From an uncultured delta proteobacterium (lineage in GTDB: Bacteria; Desulfobacterota; Syntrophia; Syntrophales; UBA5619), in assembly GCA_963817385.1 (NCBI GenBank), contig CAWFOM010000010.1, positions 96,001 through 160,000 of the forward strand: DNA of 64,000 bases, in the 5' to 3' direction. Of this stretch, positions 63,754 to 64,000 are shown in pieces. Position numbers and translations under genes: made by a program. The notes under the pieces are model-generated. The model did no database searches. It worked only from the letters and a program-made list of their open reading frames with translations, and was not told the origin of the DNA. Numbering within the stretch: position 1 is the first letter of the stretch; each line of letters opens with the position of its first letter.

Positions 63754-64000
63754 TCAGTCGCGCTTGCACGCGACGTGATTGCTGACCGCCTCGAGCACTC
63801 GTTCGCCGACGGCGGTTTTAATTTCGGTGCGCACCACAGTGATGGTGCGGCCGGCGTGCAAGACGTGCGATCTGACCTTGAGTGCGGTGCCGCGACCGGG
63901 GCTGATGTACCATGCGGACACATTCGACAACATCATTGCTGCGGGCGCAGCCACGCATGCATTGGCCGCTGCGAGACCGATAAGGATTCCGCCCTGCACA
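63754..64000 (-). CDS. PaaI-like hotdog-fold thioesterase, 3' part (truncated by window end)
   Basis: VQGGILIGLA, YISPGRG..L...VLHAGRTITV. Confidence 0.65.
   Translation of the reverse strand, partial: VQGGILIGLAAANACVAAPAAMMLSNVSAWYISPGRGTALKVRSHVLHAGRTITVVRTEIKTAVGERVLEAVSNHVACKRD

Noticed and set aside
63591..63923. N-terminal 111 aa of the 298-aa ORF-track call
   Set aside because: Overcall; the real start is ATG 63590 with an RBS, and the extension overlaps the thioesterase gene in another frame

Overview
Mostly core chromosome of an anaerobic deltaproteobacterium (Desulfobacterota; Syntrophales-like, inferred from gene content and order). The window carries pgsA(3' end), a hydrolase, tRNA-Gly/Cys, pepA-oppD-oppF, a csp gene, a miaA paralog coupled to a GT-A protein, a PpiC foldase, a PanG-like gene with a pan-type leader, tilS-ftsH-folP-tsaE-lysC-comEA, tRNA-Pro/Leu-tig-clpP-clpX-lon-tRNA-Val/Asp, lnt-prfB(+1 frameshift)-mltD, ybeY-phoH, an M16 peptidase pair, a B12 radical SAM, and dtd-guaB-dnaE. 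An accessory right third holds glcD-glcF-mazG, a Liv-type ABC transporter with an acyl-CoA ligase, a large secreted HExxH repeat protein, and a methylcrotonyl-CoA carboxylase beta subunit with a crotonase. Mobile DNA: one intact IS3-family (IS2-group) element with a perfect 5-bp target duplication, sitting inside a diverged ~115-bp repeat; and a 516-bp internally deleted IS4 relic that appears to have cut off the 5' end of lnt and supplied a new start codon. Four single-base frameshifts (ybeY, mazG, glcF twice) lie in or near short G/C runs and look like long-read errors. I saw no CRISPR array, prophage, rRNA or recognisable defence system. I cannot confirm a new biological system from sequence alone; the best leads are the IS4 relic at lnt-prfB, the miaA-paralog/GT-A pair, the secreted repeat metallopeptidase and several structured leaders.
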